NCBI GenBank assembly: GCA_041650795.1 | Contig: JBAZKK010000004.1 | Coordinates: 3,277-67,276, forward strand | Reading direction: 5' to 3' | Length of the DNA stretch: 64,000 nucleotides | Source: Candidatus Omnitrophota bacterium | GTDB lineage: Bacteria > Omnitrophota > Gorgyraeia > Gygaellales > Profunditerraquicolaceae | Shown here: positions 17,654-26,571 of the stretch, one piece after another | How positions within the stretch are numbered: the stretch's first letter is position 1 | Layout: every line of letters starts with the position of its first letter | Notes under the pieces: generated by a model | Database searches by the model: none | The model's input: the letters and a program-made list of their open reading frames with translations, nothing else | What the model was told of the DNA's origin: nothing | Translations under genes and position numbers: made by a program

Positions 17654-17682
17654 CTTGATTTTATAGGTAGTTAAATATATAA
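17654..17682 (+). promoter_or_regulatory. Candidate sigma70 promoter upstream of ftsH
   Basis: TTGATT-N17-TATAAT. Confidence 0.5.
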
Positions 17683-17710
17683 TAAAAGTTCTAAAAGTTG
17701 AGGTGTAGAT

Positions 17711-19567
17711 ATGGCAGATAATAAACCCGCAAGAAAAAAGAAAGGTATATTAGGCCGTTTTCCGTTCGGTTGGATATTCGCTATCCTGATCTTTTATCTC
17801 TTGATCAGCTCGCTTAATGTCTCGGTGACAGGCGTGCCGCGCGAGGTCTCTTACAGCGATTTTTACAGCGCCCTCAAGGATAACCCTGAGAGGATAAAAT
17901 CCGTCAGCAAGATAGAGAACGTCCTGCAGGGGGAATATAGCGACAACAGCAAGTTTTTCGTGAATATACCCGAGAACGATACCGAGCTCCTTAACCTGAT
18001 GCGGCAGAACCTTAAGCATTTCGAGGTGAAGCCTCCGCGCACCGTCTGGGCCAATTTGCTTTATTCGCTGGGGCCGGTGCTCCTTTTAATAGGGTTCTGG
18101 TGGATTATGGCCAGCCGCGGTGAGCAGCTTGGGAACCGGGTTCTGTCTTTCGGAAAAATCAGGCCCAAGATCCACAGTGAAAAAGACGGAGACCGGGCAA
18201 CCTTCAAGGATGTGGCTGGCGTTGATGAAGCCAAGGAGGAATTGCAGGAGGTCATCGAGTTCTTGAAAGACCCCAAGAAATTCCAGAGGTTGGGAGGCAA
18301 GATTCCAAAAGGGGTTTTATTGGTCGGCCCCCCCGGTTGCGGCAAAACCCTTATTGCCCGCGCTGTTTCCGGAGAGGCCGGAGTGCCGTTTTTTTCCATC
18401 AGCGGTTCGGATTTTGTGGAGATGTTTGTAGGGGTGGGGGCCTCCAGGGTGCGGGACCTTTTTGAGCAGGGCCGTAAGGCAGCTAAGGTTTCCGGAAAGG
18501 GCGCAATCATATTTATCGATGAAATCGACGCTGTCGGAAGGTTGCGTTTCTCCGGCATCGGAGGCGGACACGACGAAAGAGAACAGACCCTAAATGCCCT
18601 TTTGGTAGAAATGGATGGTTTTGACGCCGGCGAGGGGATTATCCTGATTGCCGCTACTAATCGTCCTGATACCCTTGACCCGGCGCTCTTGCGTCCGGGC
18701 AGGTTCGACCGCCACATTATTGTTAATTTACCCGATATCAAAGGCCGTGAAGAAATATTAAAGGTCCATACCCGCAAAATAAAACTCGCCGCCAATGTGG
18801 ACCTAAGGTCAATAGCCAGCCAGACCCCGGGTTTTTCCGGGGCAGACCTCGCAAACCTTTGTAACGAAGCCGCTCTCATCGCCGCCCGTCATAATAAAGA
18901 AGGCGTAGAGCAGATAGATTTTGAAAAATCTGTTGAGAGGGTATTGATGGGGCCGGAGAAGAAAAGCCATATTATGTCCAGGAAAGAAAAGGAGATTACG
19001 GCTTTTCACGAGGCCGGACACGCCCTGGTTACGCTCTTGATTCCCGAGAATGACCCCCTAAAGAAAGTTTCTATTATCCCCAGGGGGCTTGCCGGGGGCT
19101 ATACCTTTGCCGCCCCTCTTGAGGATAAGCATTACCTCTCGCGTAAAGAATTATTAGCCAGGATTGCCGTTGCTCTGGGGGGTAGGGCGTCGGAGGAGAT
19201 AAACCTGGATGATATTACTACCGGCGCTCAGGATGACCTTGAGAAGGCCACCCATATGGCGCGCTTCATGGTTTGCCAGTTGGGGATGTCGGATAAACTT
19301 GGGAACATTACCTTTGGCAAGAGGAACGGCTTATTATTCCTGGGCCGCGACCTGATGGAAGAGAAGAACTATAGCGATGAAACCGCCAGCCTTATCGATG
19401 CGGAGGTAAAAAGGATAGTGGATGAATCTTACGGCCGCGCCAAGAATTTATTGCAGGAGAACGCGGATAAACTGAAGATTCTCTCAAATGCGCTCCTGGA
19501 AAAAGAGGTCCTTGACGGAGAAGAGGTTAAACGGCTGCTCGGCATGAGCGCACCGCCGGCCGCTTAA
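17711..19567 (+). CDS. ftsH: ATP-dependent zinc metalloprotease FtsH
   Basis: Two N-terminal TM helices, AAA+ Walker A GPPGCGKT, second region of homology, HEAGH zinc motif. Confidence 0.95.
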   Translation: MADNKPARKKKGILGRFPFGWIFAILIFYLLISSLNVSVTGVPREVSYSDFYSALKDNPERIKSVSKIENVLQGEYSDNSKFFVNIPENDTELLNLMRQNLKHFEVKPPRTVWANLLYSLGPVLLLIGFWWIMASRGEQLGNRVLSFGKIRPKIHSEKDGDRATFKDVAGVDEAKEELQEVIEFLKDPKKFQRLGGKIPKGVLLVGPPGCGKTLIARAVSGEAGVPFFSISGSDFVEMFVGVGASRVRDLFEQGRKAAKVSGKGAIIFIDEIDAVGRLRFSGIGGGHDEREQTLNALLVEMDGFDAGEGIILIAATNRPDTLDPALLRPGRFDRHIIVNLPDIKGREEILKVHTRKIKLAANVDLRSIASQTPGFSGADLANLCNEAALIAARHNKEGVEQIDFEKSVERVLMGPEKKSHIMSRKEKEITAFHEAGHALVTLLIPENDPLKKVSIIPRGLAGGYTFAAPLEDKHYLSRKELLARIAVALGGRASEEINLDDITTGAQDDLEKATHMARFMVCQLGMSDKLGNITFGKRNGLLFLGRDLMEEKNYSDETASLIDAEVKRIVDESYGRAKNLLQENADKLKILSNALLEKEVLDGEEVKRLLGMSAPPAA

Positions 19568-19572
19568 AAATT

Positions 19573-20772
19573 ATGCGCGTGCTCGATATATCCTGCCCCA
19601 AGGAATTAAAACGCCTGATGCATGATATTGGGGTTGACCCTTACGGCATCGGCATCATGTTGCCTAAGACGGTTACCCGCCTGGTTAGGCTTACCGGGAT
19701 ATCAAATATCGCCGCCAATATTCTTAAACAAGAGATGCTTTCCCTTGGCGCTGACGCAGCGGTAGCAAAGGGCTCCCTGACGGGAAGCGCGCTTAAAACA
19801 GACTGCCTTTTAATCGGAAATCTTTCCCAGTTTCGGCGCCTGAGCGATAAGCTCCGATACCAGCCTTTCGGGCTTAAGCGGCTATCGGGAGAGTTGAGTT
19901 CCGTTTTAAATGATTATCTAGAGTCCGATTTCAAACTTAAGGCAGGAAGGTTCAAGCTTAACCTCGGCAGCCGGCCGCACATCATGGGTATCGTAAATAT
20001 TACCCCGGATTCATTCAGCGGCGACGGGCTTTACCGCCCCGGCTGCGATAACAGTTCAGGCGTTCTTGTTTATGCACAGCGGCTTATCCGCGAGGGGGCC
20101 GATATCATTGATGTAGGAGGGGAATCCACAAGGCCGGGCGCCAGGAGGCTGGGGATAAGAGAGGAATTGTCTCGCGTTATACCGGCCGTTAAGCTTCTGG
20201 CCAAAATGGTAAATGTCCCCATATCCGTGGATACCTATAAACCGGAGGTAGCCCGTGCTGCCCTGGATTGCGGGGCATCCATTATTAACGATATCACTGC
20301 CTTGCGGGACGCTCGCATGGCAGGGCTTGTGCGCCGGTATAGAGCCGCGGTGATCATTATGCATATGAAAGGGAGGCCTTCTTATATGCAGAAGAACCCG
20401 GTTTACAAATCGCTTATGGAGGAAATCCCGGATTATCTTAGGCGTGCGAGGGATAAAGCGTTGGCAGCTGGTATCTGCCGCGAGAGTATCGTCGTTGACC
20501 CGGGCATAGGATTCGGCAAGACGCGGGAGCATAATCTTGAAATTCTAAAGAGGCTTAAGGAATTGCGGGCATTGGGCCAGCCTATCCTTGTCGGGACCTC
20601 CCGCAAGGCTTTCCTTGCGAGCATAATGGAAGCCCCTGCTCAAGGGAGGGTTTTTGGGAGCATTGCCAGCAGCCTTGCGGCGGTAAACAACGGCGCGCAC
20701 ATCGTGCGGGTACACGACGTAGGGGCAATGAGGCAATCGTTGGACGTCTTAACCGCCATAGAAAAGAGATGA
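19573..20772 (+). CDS. folP: Dihydropteroate synthase FolP with an extra N-terminal domain of about 130 aa of unknown function
   Basis: C-terminal ~270 aa is canonical DHPS (IMGIVNITPDSFSGDG...DIIDVGGESTRPG...GTSRK); the N-terminal 130 aa has no match to FolB or FolK that I recognise. Confidence 0.8.
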   Translation: MRVLDISCPKELKRLMHDIGVDPYGIGIMLPKTVTRLVRLTGISNIAANILKQEMLSLGADAAVAKGSLTGSALKTDCLLIGNLSQFRRLSDKLRYQPFGLKRLSGELSSVLNDYLESDFKLKAGRFKLNLGSRPHIMGIVNITPDSFSGDGLYRPGCDNSSGVLVYAQRLIREGADIIDVGGESTRPGARRLGIREELSRVIPAVKLLAKMVNVPISVDTYKPEVARAALDCGASIINDITALRDARMAGLVRRYRAAVIIMHMKGRPSYMQKNPVYKSLMEEIPDYLRRARDKALAAGICRESIVVDPGIGFGKTREHNLEILKRLKELRALGQPILVGTSRKAFLASIMEAPAQGRVFGSIASSLAAVNNGAHIVRVHDVGAMRQSLDVLTAIEKR

Positions 20773-21524
20773 GCGTTACTATCACCCTGAAAGCAGTCAT
20801 AGAGATACTAATCCTGTGGTTCTTGATTTACCACGTGCTGCTTTTCTTTGAGAATACGCGTGCCATCCAGGTGCTGCGCGGCATTATTGTATTGCTGGTG
20901 GTTTTTTTCCTTTTCCAGAAGCTGCACTTGGAGGTATTAGACTGGTTATTTGCCAAAATTTTTACCATTTCAATCCTGGCATTCCTGATTATCTTCCATC
21001 CCGAGATACGACAGGGGCTGGCGCGGCTCGGGCAGCGGTATATCATTGGCTTGAATCTCAAGGAAGAGGAACTGGATGAGATATTAAAACAGATATCGCA
21101 GGCCTCCGATAGCCTCTGCCGTAATAAGATCGGGGCGCTGATCGCCATAGATAAAGGAGATTCGCTTACGCCTTACGTCAAAAGCGGGGTAGGGATTGAC
21201 GCCGCCGCTAATTCGGATTTAATCCAGACCATCTTTACCCCCAATAGCCTGCTGCACGACGGAGGAATGATTATCCAGCACGGCAGGATAAAGGCTGCGG
21301 GCTGCCTTTTCCCTTTAACCCAGAAACTGGACCTCAGCCGCATCTTCGGCACCCGCCATCGCGCGGCGCTGGGGTTAAGCGAGGAAACCGACGCCGTGAT
21401 AGTGGTGATATCGGAGGAGAGGCAGGATATATGCCTGGTTCATAAGGGCAGGTTCTACCGCGATATGGGCAAGGATGAATTGCTTCACAAAATGAAGGAC
21501 CTGCTCACCGTTAACAATGACTAA
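20769..21524 (+). CDS. cdaA: Diadenylate cyclase CdaA (DacA), membrane-anchored c-di-AMP synthase
   Basis: Three N-terminal TM helices plus a DAC domain (GALIAI...HDGGMIIQ...TRHRAALGLSEETDAVIVVISEE). Confidence 0.85.
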   Translation: MSVTITLKAVIEILILWFLIYHVLLFFENTRAIQVLRGIIVLLVVFFLFQKLHLEVLDWLFAKIFTISILAFLIIFHPEIRQGLARLGQRYIIGLNLKEEELDEILKQISQASDSLCRNKIGALIAIDKGDSLTPYVKSGVGIDAAANSDLIQTIFTPNSLLHDGGMIIQHGRIKAAGCLFPLTQKLDLSRIFGTRHRAALGLSEETDAVIVVISEERQDICLVHKGRFYRDMGKDELLHKMKDLLTVNND

Positions 21525-21654
21525 GAAGAAAAGAAAGAACATTTTGCGCAATCTTATTCGCTGGCCGTTTTTTCATCCCTGGCTTAAGCTTATTGCCTTT
21601 GCCCTGGCAGTAATCCTTTGGTTTTATGCCAAGGGCGAGATAAGCAGATTTTAA
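21517..21654 (+). pseudogene. 45-aa ORF resembling only the N-terminal TM segment of CdaR/YbbR; possible truncated cdaR remnant
   Basis: MTKKKRKNILRNLIRWPFFHPWLKLIAFALAVILWFYAKGEISRF*; ATGA overlap with the cdaA stop, as cdaR normally has; the ...LWFY... TM resembles the CdaR N-terminus but no YbbR domains follow. Confidence 0.3.
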
Positions 21655-21660
21655 TCAGAT

Positions 21661-22371
21661 ATGAGGTTGGGCGTTAACATTGACCATATTGCTACCATCC
21701 GTGAAATACGCCACGGTGTCGAGCCTGAGCCGGTGCTAGCTGTTTCTCTTGCCGAGGCAGCCGGCGCAGACAGCATAGTAACGCATCTAAGGGAAGACCG
21801 CCGGCACATCAGGGAGAGCGACCTCTATCTTTTAAGGCGTGCCGTCAGGACAAGGTTGAATCTTGAGATGTCAGCGGCTCCTGATATCGTAGATATCGCC
21901 TGTAAGCTCAGGCCCGAGAGGGCTACCCTGGTCCCTGAGAAGAGGCGCGAGTTGACTACCGAGGGCGGGCTGGATGCGGCTGGAAACCCCCGCCGCATAA
22001 AAGCGGTGGTATCCAGGCTAAAAAGAAAAGGCATAGAGGTGAGTTTGTTCATTGACCCTGATAAGAAACAGATTGACGCCTCGCTTGAATGTGGCGTTAG
22101 CATGATAGAATTGCACACCGGCCGTTATGCAGATGCGCGGCTGGCAAGGAAAAAAGAAAGGCGTTTTAAAGAACTTCAGTCCGCCTGTGTTTATGCCAAG
22201 GATAGTGGGCTTAAGGTTTTTGCCGGCCACGGCCTGGATTATCATAACGTTTCCCGCATCGCAGGCATTAAGGGGATTGAGGAGTTGAACATCGGTTATT
22301 CCATTGTCTGCCGGGCGGCCCTAGTGGGATTGAAACAGGCAGTGCGTGAGATGAAAGCTTTGATTGGCTGA
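21661..22371 (+). CDS. pdxJ: Pyridoxine 5'-phosphate synthase PdxJ
   Basis: MRLGVNIDHIATIREIR N-terminus, TIM-barrel PdxJ motifs. Confidence 0.9.
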   Translation: MRLGVNIDHIATIREIRHGVEPEPVLAVSLAEAAGADSIVTHLREDRRHIRESDLYLLRRAVRTRLNLEMSAAPDIVDIACKLRPERATLVPEKRRELTTEGGLDAAGNPRRIKAVVSRLKRKGIEVSLFIDPDKKQIDASLECGVSMIELHTGRYADARLARKKERRFKELQSACVYAKDSGLKVFAGHGLDYHNVSRIAGIKGIEELNIGYSIVCRAALVGLKQAVREMKALIG

Positions 22372-22729
22372 TATGATTATAGGCACGGGTGTTGATATAA
22401 CTGAGGTCAGGAGGCTTAAGGCGGCAATAGAAAAATGGGGAAGGGGTTTCCTGGGCCGCATCTTTACCAAAGAGGAGCTGGAGAGCTCCAATGGCAGGAT
22501 AAGCCTTTATCAGCATCTGGCAGGCAGGTTTGCCGCCAAGGAGGCGATCTTTAAGGCCATGGGTGATAAAACCCTTAGCTGGAAGGATGTCCAGGTTTTT
22601 AACGATCCCGACGGCAAGCCTTATTGCAGGATTTTAAATAATAAAGGCAAAAACCTTAAGGTGCATGTTTCAATATCCCATGTGAAAAATTATGCGGTTG
22701 CCAACGCGGTTGTTACGCCGAAGGAGTAA
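22364..22729 (+). CDS. acpS: Holo-[acyl-carrier-protein] synthase AcpS
   Basis: MIIGTGVDITEVRRL...FAAKEA..K. Confidence 0.85.
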   Translation: MADMIIGTGVDITEVRRLKAAIEKWGRGFLGRIFTKEELESSNGRISLYQHLAGRFAAKEAIFKAMGDKTLSWKDVQVFNDPDGKPYCRILNNKGKNLKVHVSISHVKNYAVANAVVTPKE

Positions 22730-23546
22730 TGCCTCCAAAGGCGACTTCGGCCACGTTTTGATATTGGCTGGTTCTTTGAGATTTTCCGGCGCGGCCCTCT
22801 TGTGTTCTGAGGCGGCCATGCGCGCAGGGGCGGGGCTGGTAACGTTGGGAGTGCCGCGTGGCATCGCGGTGCCGCTTATCAGGAAGAAGATGAAGGAAGT
22901 AATGCTTTTGGCCTTGCCCGGGAACGCCGACTGCTCTCTGTCTTCAGGGGGCTTTAAGGAAATAAAGCGTTTCAGCGAAAAGGCAGATGTTATAATAATC
23001 GGTCCGGGGCTCGGAGGCAATGTTTTCACCGCAGGGCTGGTACGCCGGCTGGTAAAGACCATTGCTAAGCCCCTGGTCATTGATGCCGATGGTCTTAATG
23101 TTATTGCACCTGTCTTGGGTCGGTTAAAGGTGGCAAGCAAAGAGGTAATTTTTACCCCGCACCCCGGAGAGATGGCCAGGCTTTGCGGGATTAGTGTGAA
23201 AGAGGTGCAGGCCCGGAGACTGGCTATTGCCAGAAAGTTTAGCCGTGAGCATAAATTAACCCTTGTGCTTAAAGGTCATCGCACGGTAGTCGCTGCTCCG
23301 GATGGGCGTACCTACGTAAATAAAACCGGCAATCCCGGGATGGCTACTGCAGGCAGCGGGGATGTGCTTAGCGGTGTTATCGGCGCGTTTTTGGCACAGG
23401 GCTTAGGTTCTTTTGATGCGGCAAGATATGCGGCGTATCTGCACGGGTTAGCCGGTGATTTAGCGGCTCGTGAAAAAACGGGGATTTCCTTGATTGCAAG
23501 CGACATCATTGATAAAATCCCAGCTGCAATCAAGAGGAGTAGTTGA
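22692..23546 (+). CDS. nnrD: ADP-dependent NAD(P)H-hydrate dehydratase (YjeF C-terminal / Nnr family)
   Basis: KGDFGHVLILAGS...GAALLCSEAAMRAGAGLVTL...GPGLG...ATAGSGDVLSG. Confidence 0.8.
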   Translation: MRLPTRLLRRRSNASKGDFGHVLILAGSLRFSGAALLCSEAAMRAGAGLVTLGVPRGIAVPLIRKKMKEVMLLALPGNADCSLSSGGFKEIKRFSEKADVIIIGPGLGGNVFTAGLVRRLVKTIAKPLVIDADGLNVIAPVLGRLKVASKEVIFTPHPGEMARLCGISVKEVQARRLAIARKFSREHKLTLVLKGHRTVVAAPDGRTYVNKTGNPGMATAGSGDVLSGVIGAFLAQGLGSFDAARYAAYLHGLAGDLAAREKTGISLIASDIIDKIPAAIKRSS

Positions 23547-23547
23547 T

Positions 23548-23620
23548 GCCGGCGTAGCTCAGTCGGTAGAGCAGCTGTTTTGTAAACAGCGGGTCGGGGG
23601 TTCGATTCCTCTCGCCGGCT
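23548..23620 (+). tRNA. tRNA-Thr (anticodon TGT)
   Basis: Cloverleaf: acceptor GCCGGCG/CGCCGGC, anticodon loop TTTGTAA, T-loop TTCGATT. Confidence 0.9.
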
Positions 23621-23637
23621 TATTTGATAGACCGGAT

Positions 23638-23723
23638 GGACAGGTACCCAAGTGGCCAAAGGGGGCAGACTGTAAATCTGCTGCACTTGTGCTTCAGAGG
23701 TTCGAATCCTCTCCTGTCCACCA
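23638..23723 (+). tRNA. tRNA-Tyr (anticodon GTA), long variable arm, CCA encoded
   Basis: GGACAGG...CTGTAAA anticodon loop...long variable arm...TTCGAAT...CCTGTCCACCA. Confidence 0.9.
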
Positions 23724-23775
23724 GTTATGCGGCACTTGACTCTAATCGGAATTGCGTCGGTGCGCGTTAGTCTGC

Positions 23776-23846
23776 GCGGGTGTAGTTCAATGGCAGAACA
23801 ATAGCCTTCCAAGCTATATATGACGGTTCGATTCCGTTCACCCGCT
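23776..23846 (+). tRNA. tRNA-Gly (anticodon TCC)
   Basis: Acceptor GCGGGTG/CACCCGC, anticodon stem-loop ATAGC-CTTCCAA-GCTAT, T-loop TTCGATT. Confidence 0.85.
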
Positions 23847-23916
23847 TATAGCAATCGAACCGAAAGGGGGTGCGGGGGAAAAAAGATTTCCCCCGCGTAT
23901 TAGGGGAGAATATTTG

Positions 23917-24669
23917 ATGGAGGAAAGGGAATTCTTAGAGCCGGTTTTTATCGATGCGTTTGACTTGGATGATGCCTGGTTCCGTTGCCTCTCTGAGATA
24001 CTCGATAAAGGCCACGTCTATACCATTACCCGTGGCAGTTACGAAGGGCAGAAGCGCCTGGAGTTTGATTTTGCGGTAGTGAGGGTGAAGAAGCCATCCC
24101 ACCAGATTATTCCGATAATACCGGAAGGGATGAGTATCCCGGCCCCCACTGATATGGATTACATCCAGGGATACCTTTCCTATCTTATGACCGGGACTAA
24201 GACCGAAACCGAAGATTATACCTACGGAGAGAGGCTAGTTGACCCCCGCGTAAGAATAAGGGAAAAGGTAGAGGGCCAGGATATGCTTAAGGAGATGCCC
24301 CTGGAGGTAAACCAGGTTGAAGAGGTAATCCGGATTTATAAAGAACAGGGGTTCGGCACGAACCAGGCGGTAATGGAAATCGGCATGCCTTCAGACATCA
24401 AGCTTGCCGACCCGCCCTGCCTGAGGCTTATTGATACCAGGGTCCGTTACGGGAAATTGCATTTTGTGCTCTATTTCCGTTCCTGGGACCTCTGGGGAGG
24501 TTTTCCGTCCAACCTGGGAGGATTGCAGTTAGTGAAGCAGTATATGGCGGATGAGATTGGCGTGGGCGACGGCGAAATCGTAGCGGTCAGCAAGGGGCTG
24601 CATCTTTATGATTATAGTTGGGATTTGGCGAAGATGCGCACCAATAAAAATAACCTCATTATAGAATAA
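23917..24669 (+). CDS. Divergent thymidylate-synthase-fold protein (short archaeal-type TS or related dUMP/dCMP methylene-transferase)
   Basis: Catalytic-Cys region DPPCLRLIDTRV...LHFVLYFRSWDLWGGFPSNLGGLQL parallels the ThyA PCH...QFYV...QRSxDxxLGxPFNI motifs, but many conserved positions differ; 250 aa. Confidence 0.5.
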   Translation: MEEREFLEPVFIDAFDLDDAWFRCLSEILDKGHVYTITRGSYEGQKRLEFDFAVVRVKKPSHQIIPIIPEGMSIPAPTDMDYIQGYLSYLMTGTKTETEDYTYGERLVDPRVRIREKVEGQDMLKEMPLEVNQVEEVIRIYKEQGFGTNQAVMEIGMPSDIKLADPPCLRLIDTRVRYGKLHFVLYFRSWDLWGGFPSNLGGLQLVKQYMADEIGVGDGEIVAVSKGLHLYDYSWDLAKMRTNKNNLIIE

Positions 24670-25088
24670 TGGTAGATAATAATTATCAGGGCCAGGAGCG
24701 CCGCAATTTCATAAGGCTTGATTTTGTAAAGCCGCTGGCTTATAAGATATGCAAGAAGGAGACCATCGAGAAATTGCTGCAGGGTTATACTGCCAACATC
24801 AGCCAGACGGGATTATTCTGTAACCTGCAGGATAAGATCAAGCTGGATGATATCATCTGGCTTTCGTTCGACCGGGATACCCTCAGCATCTGCCATGACC
24901 TGGAAAGAAGAAGCGTGATTTATCAGAACGGCATCATCGGAAAGGTGGTCCGCAGCCAATTGCGGGATGACGGCAGCTGCGAGGTCGGGGTCCAGTTCAT
25001 TACCCGCGAGGAAAAAAACAAGCTGGAGGCCGCCTCCGCCATAGAATTATTAAAAGCATCAGATGAGCAACAAAATAAGCAGCCTTAA
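24669..25088 (+). CDS. Stand-alone PilZ domain protein (putative c-di-GMP receptor)
   Basis: RRNFIR (RxxxR) and ANISQTG (D/NxSxxG) motifs. Confidence 0.7.
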   Translation: MVDNNYQGQERRNFIRLDFVKPLAYKICKKETIEKLLQGYTANISQTGLFCNLQDKIKLDDIIWLSFDRDTLSICHDLERRSVIYQNGIIGKVVRSQLRDDGSCEVGVQFITREEKNKLEAASAIELLKASDEQQNKQP

Positions 25089-26073
25089 AATCGCAGTCTT
25101 AGGGGACGGCGGGTGGGGGACGACCCTGGCGTTGCTTCTTGAGAATAAGGGTTTTAGAGTTACGCTCTGGGGAGCCTTTGAGGATTACGTTTCTTATCTT
25201 AAGGCGAAAAGGGTAAATACGAGGTTCCTGCCGGGGATAAGATTGCCAGCCCGCTTGAATATCACTTCTGATTTAGAAGAGGCGCTGGAAAACAAGGACC
25301 TTATTGTCCTGGCAGTGCCCTCGCAATACATGCGCCGCGTGCTTAAGAAAATAGAAAGCTGCGGTTATCCGGCTTCTGCGATGTATCTAAGCGTCACCAA
25401 GGGGATAGAGGCAGGTTCCCTGGAAAGGATGTCTGAGGTAATCCGCGGGGAACTAGGGAATGTAAGGTTGGCGGTGCTGTCCGGGCCAACGATTGCCCAT
25501 GAGGTCGCCAGAGGCATCCCTACCACAGCGGTAATAGCCTCGCCGGATAGAAAGCTGCGCCGCATGCTGCAGGATATATTTATGACGCCGAGACTGCGTA
25601 TATATACCAACGACGATGTGGCGGGGGTGGAGCTCGGCGGAAGCCTCAAAAACGTGATTGCCATTGCCTGCGGTATTTCCGACGGTTTGGGCTTCGGCAC
25701 CAACACAAAGGCAGCAATCTTGTCGCGCGGACTGGCTGAGATTTCAAGGTTAGGGAAGAAAATGGGCGCCAAGGCCGGGACCTTCGGAGGGATTACCGGG
25801 CTGGGGGACCTGGTAACAACGTGCACCAGCCCTTATAGCCGCAACAGATATGTGGGCGAGCGTATCGGCAGGGGGGAAACCTTGGAAAAAATAAGCTCAA
25901 AGATGCGGATGGTAGCCGAAGGGATAGTTACTGCAAAATCCGCACATGCCTTAAGCGCAAGATACAGGGTAGATACACCTATAACCAAAGAGGTATATCG
26001 GGTTCTTTACAGGAATAAACCTCCCCTTCGCGCAGTCAGTGATTTAATGACGCGCCAGAAAAAAGAGGAATAA
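25063..26073 (+). CDS. gpsA: NAD(P)H-dependent glycerol-3-phosphate dehydrogenase GpsA
   Basis: KIAVLGDGGWGTTLALLL Rossmann motif; GpsA-like along the full length. Confidence 0.9.
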   Translation: MSNKISSLKIAVLGDGGWGTTLALLLENKGFRVTLWGAFEDYVSYLKAKRVNTRFLPGIRLPARLNITSDLEEALENKDLIVLAVPSQYMRRVLKKIESCGYPASAMYLSVTKGIEAGSLERMSEVIRGELGNVRLAVLSGPTIAHEVARGIPTTAVIASPDRKLRRMLQDIFMTPRLRIYTNDDVAGVELGGSLKNVIAIACGISDGLGFGTNTKAAILSRGLAEISRLGKKMGAKAGTFGGITGLGDLVTTCTSPYSRNRYVGERIGRGETLEKISSKMRMVAEGIVTAKSAHALSARYRVDTPITKEVYRVLYRNKPPLRAVSDLMTRQKKEE

Positions 26074-26092
26074 CGGGGGAGAAGGCAATAGG

Positions 26093-26167
26093 CGGGGCGT
26101 GGCTCAGTTTGGCTAGAGCGCTTGAATGGGGTTCAAGAGGTCGACAGTTCAAGTCTGTCCGCCCCGA
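26093..26167 (+). tRNA. tRNA-Pro (anticodon GGG)
   Basis: C1:G72 acceptor pair typical of tRNA-Pro; anticodon loop ATGGGGT; T arm GACAG-TTCAAGT-CTGTC. Confidence 0.85.
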
Positions 26168-26211
26168 CTTTCTTATTTAGACTAAAGATATTTTAAGAAG
26201 GGAGGGTAGAA

Positions 26212-26571
26212 ATGGCGTTTGATGGTGCGGAAAGGCGCAGGTATCCACGCATCAAGGCTAATTTTATCGTCTCTTACCGTGTCCTCGAGGATAGCGATGT
26301 GATTGACAGTTCGCAGACCAAGAATTTCAGTATCGGGGGAATGCTTTTTACTACCAATAAGTTTTTCAAAAAAGGCACCGGCCTTGCCTTAAGGATAAGG
26401 CTGCCTTTTGATTCCCGTCCTGTCGAGATAGCGGGGATGGTCGTGGATTCCCGCGAGATAGTCAAGAACCTCATTTACGATACCAGGATAGAATTCTCTC
26501 CGGATGAAAAGCAGGACGGGGCAATAAAACAGGCAGTGGATTATTATTTAAAAAAGAAAGGCAAGTTATGA
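26212..26571 (+). CDS. Stand-alone PilZ domain protein
   Basis: RRRYPR (RxxxR) and NFSIGGM (NxSxxG) motifs. Confidence 0.7.
   Translation: MAFDGAERRRYPRIKANFIVSYRVLEDSDVIDSSQTKNFSIGGMLFTTNKFFKKGTGLALRIRLPFDSRPVEIAGMVVDSREIVKNLIYDTRIEFSPDEKQDGAIKQAVDYYLKKKGKL

Noticed and set aside
18061-18879. 272-aa − strand ORF
   Set aside because: It is antisense within ftsH. Its composition is Ala/Arg/Pro/Ser-rich and low in complexity, as expected for a GC-rich antisense frame. No motifs.
23312-23812. 166-aa − strand ORF
   Set aside because: It runs antisense through the 3' end of nnrD and across the three tRNA genes. The tRNA cloverleafs explain this sequence.
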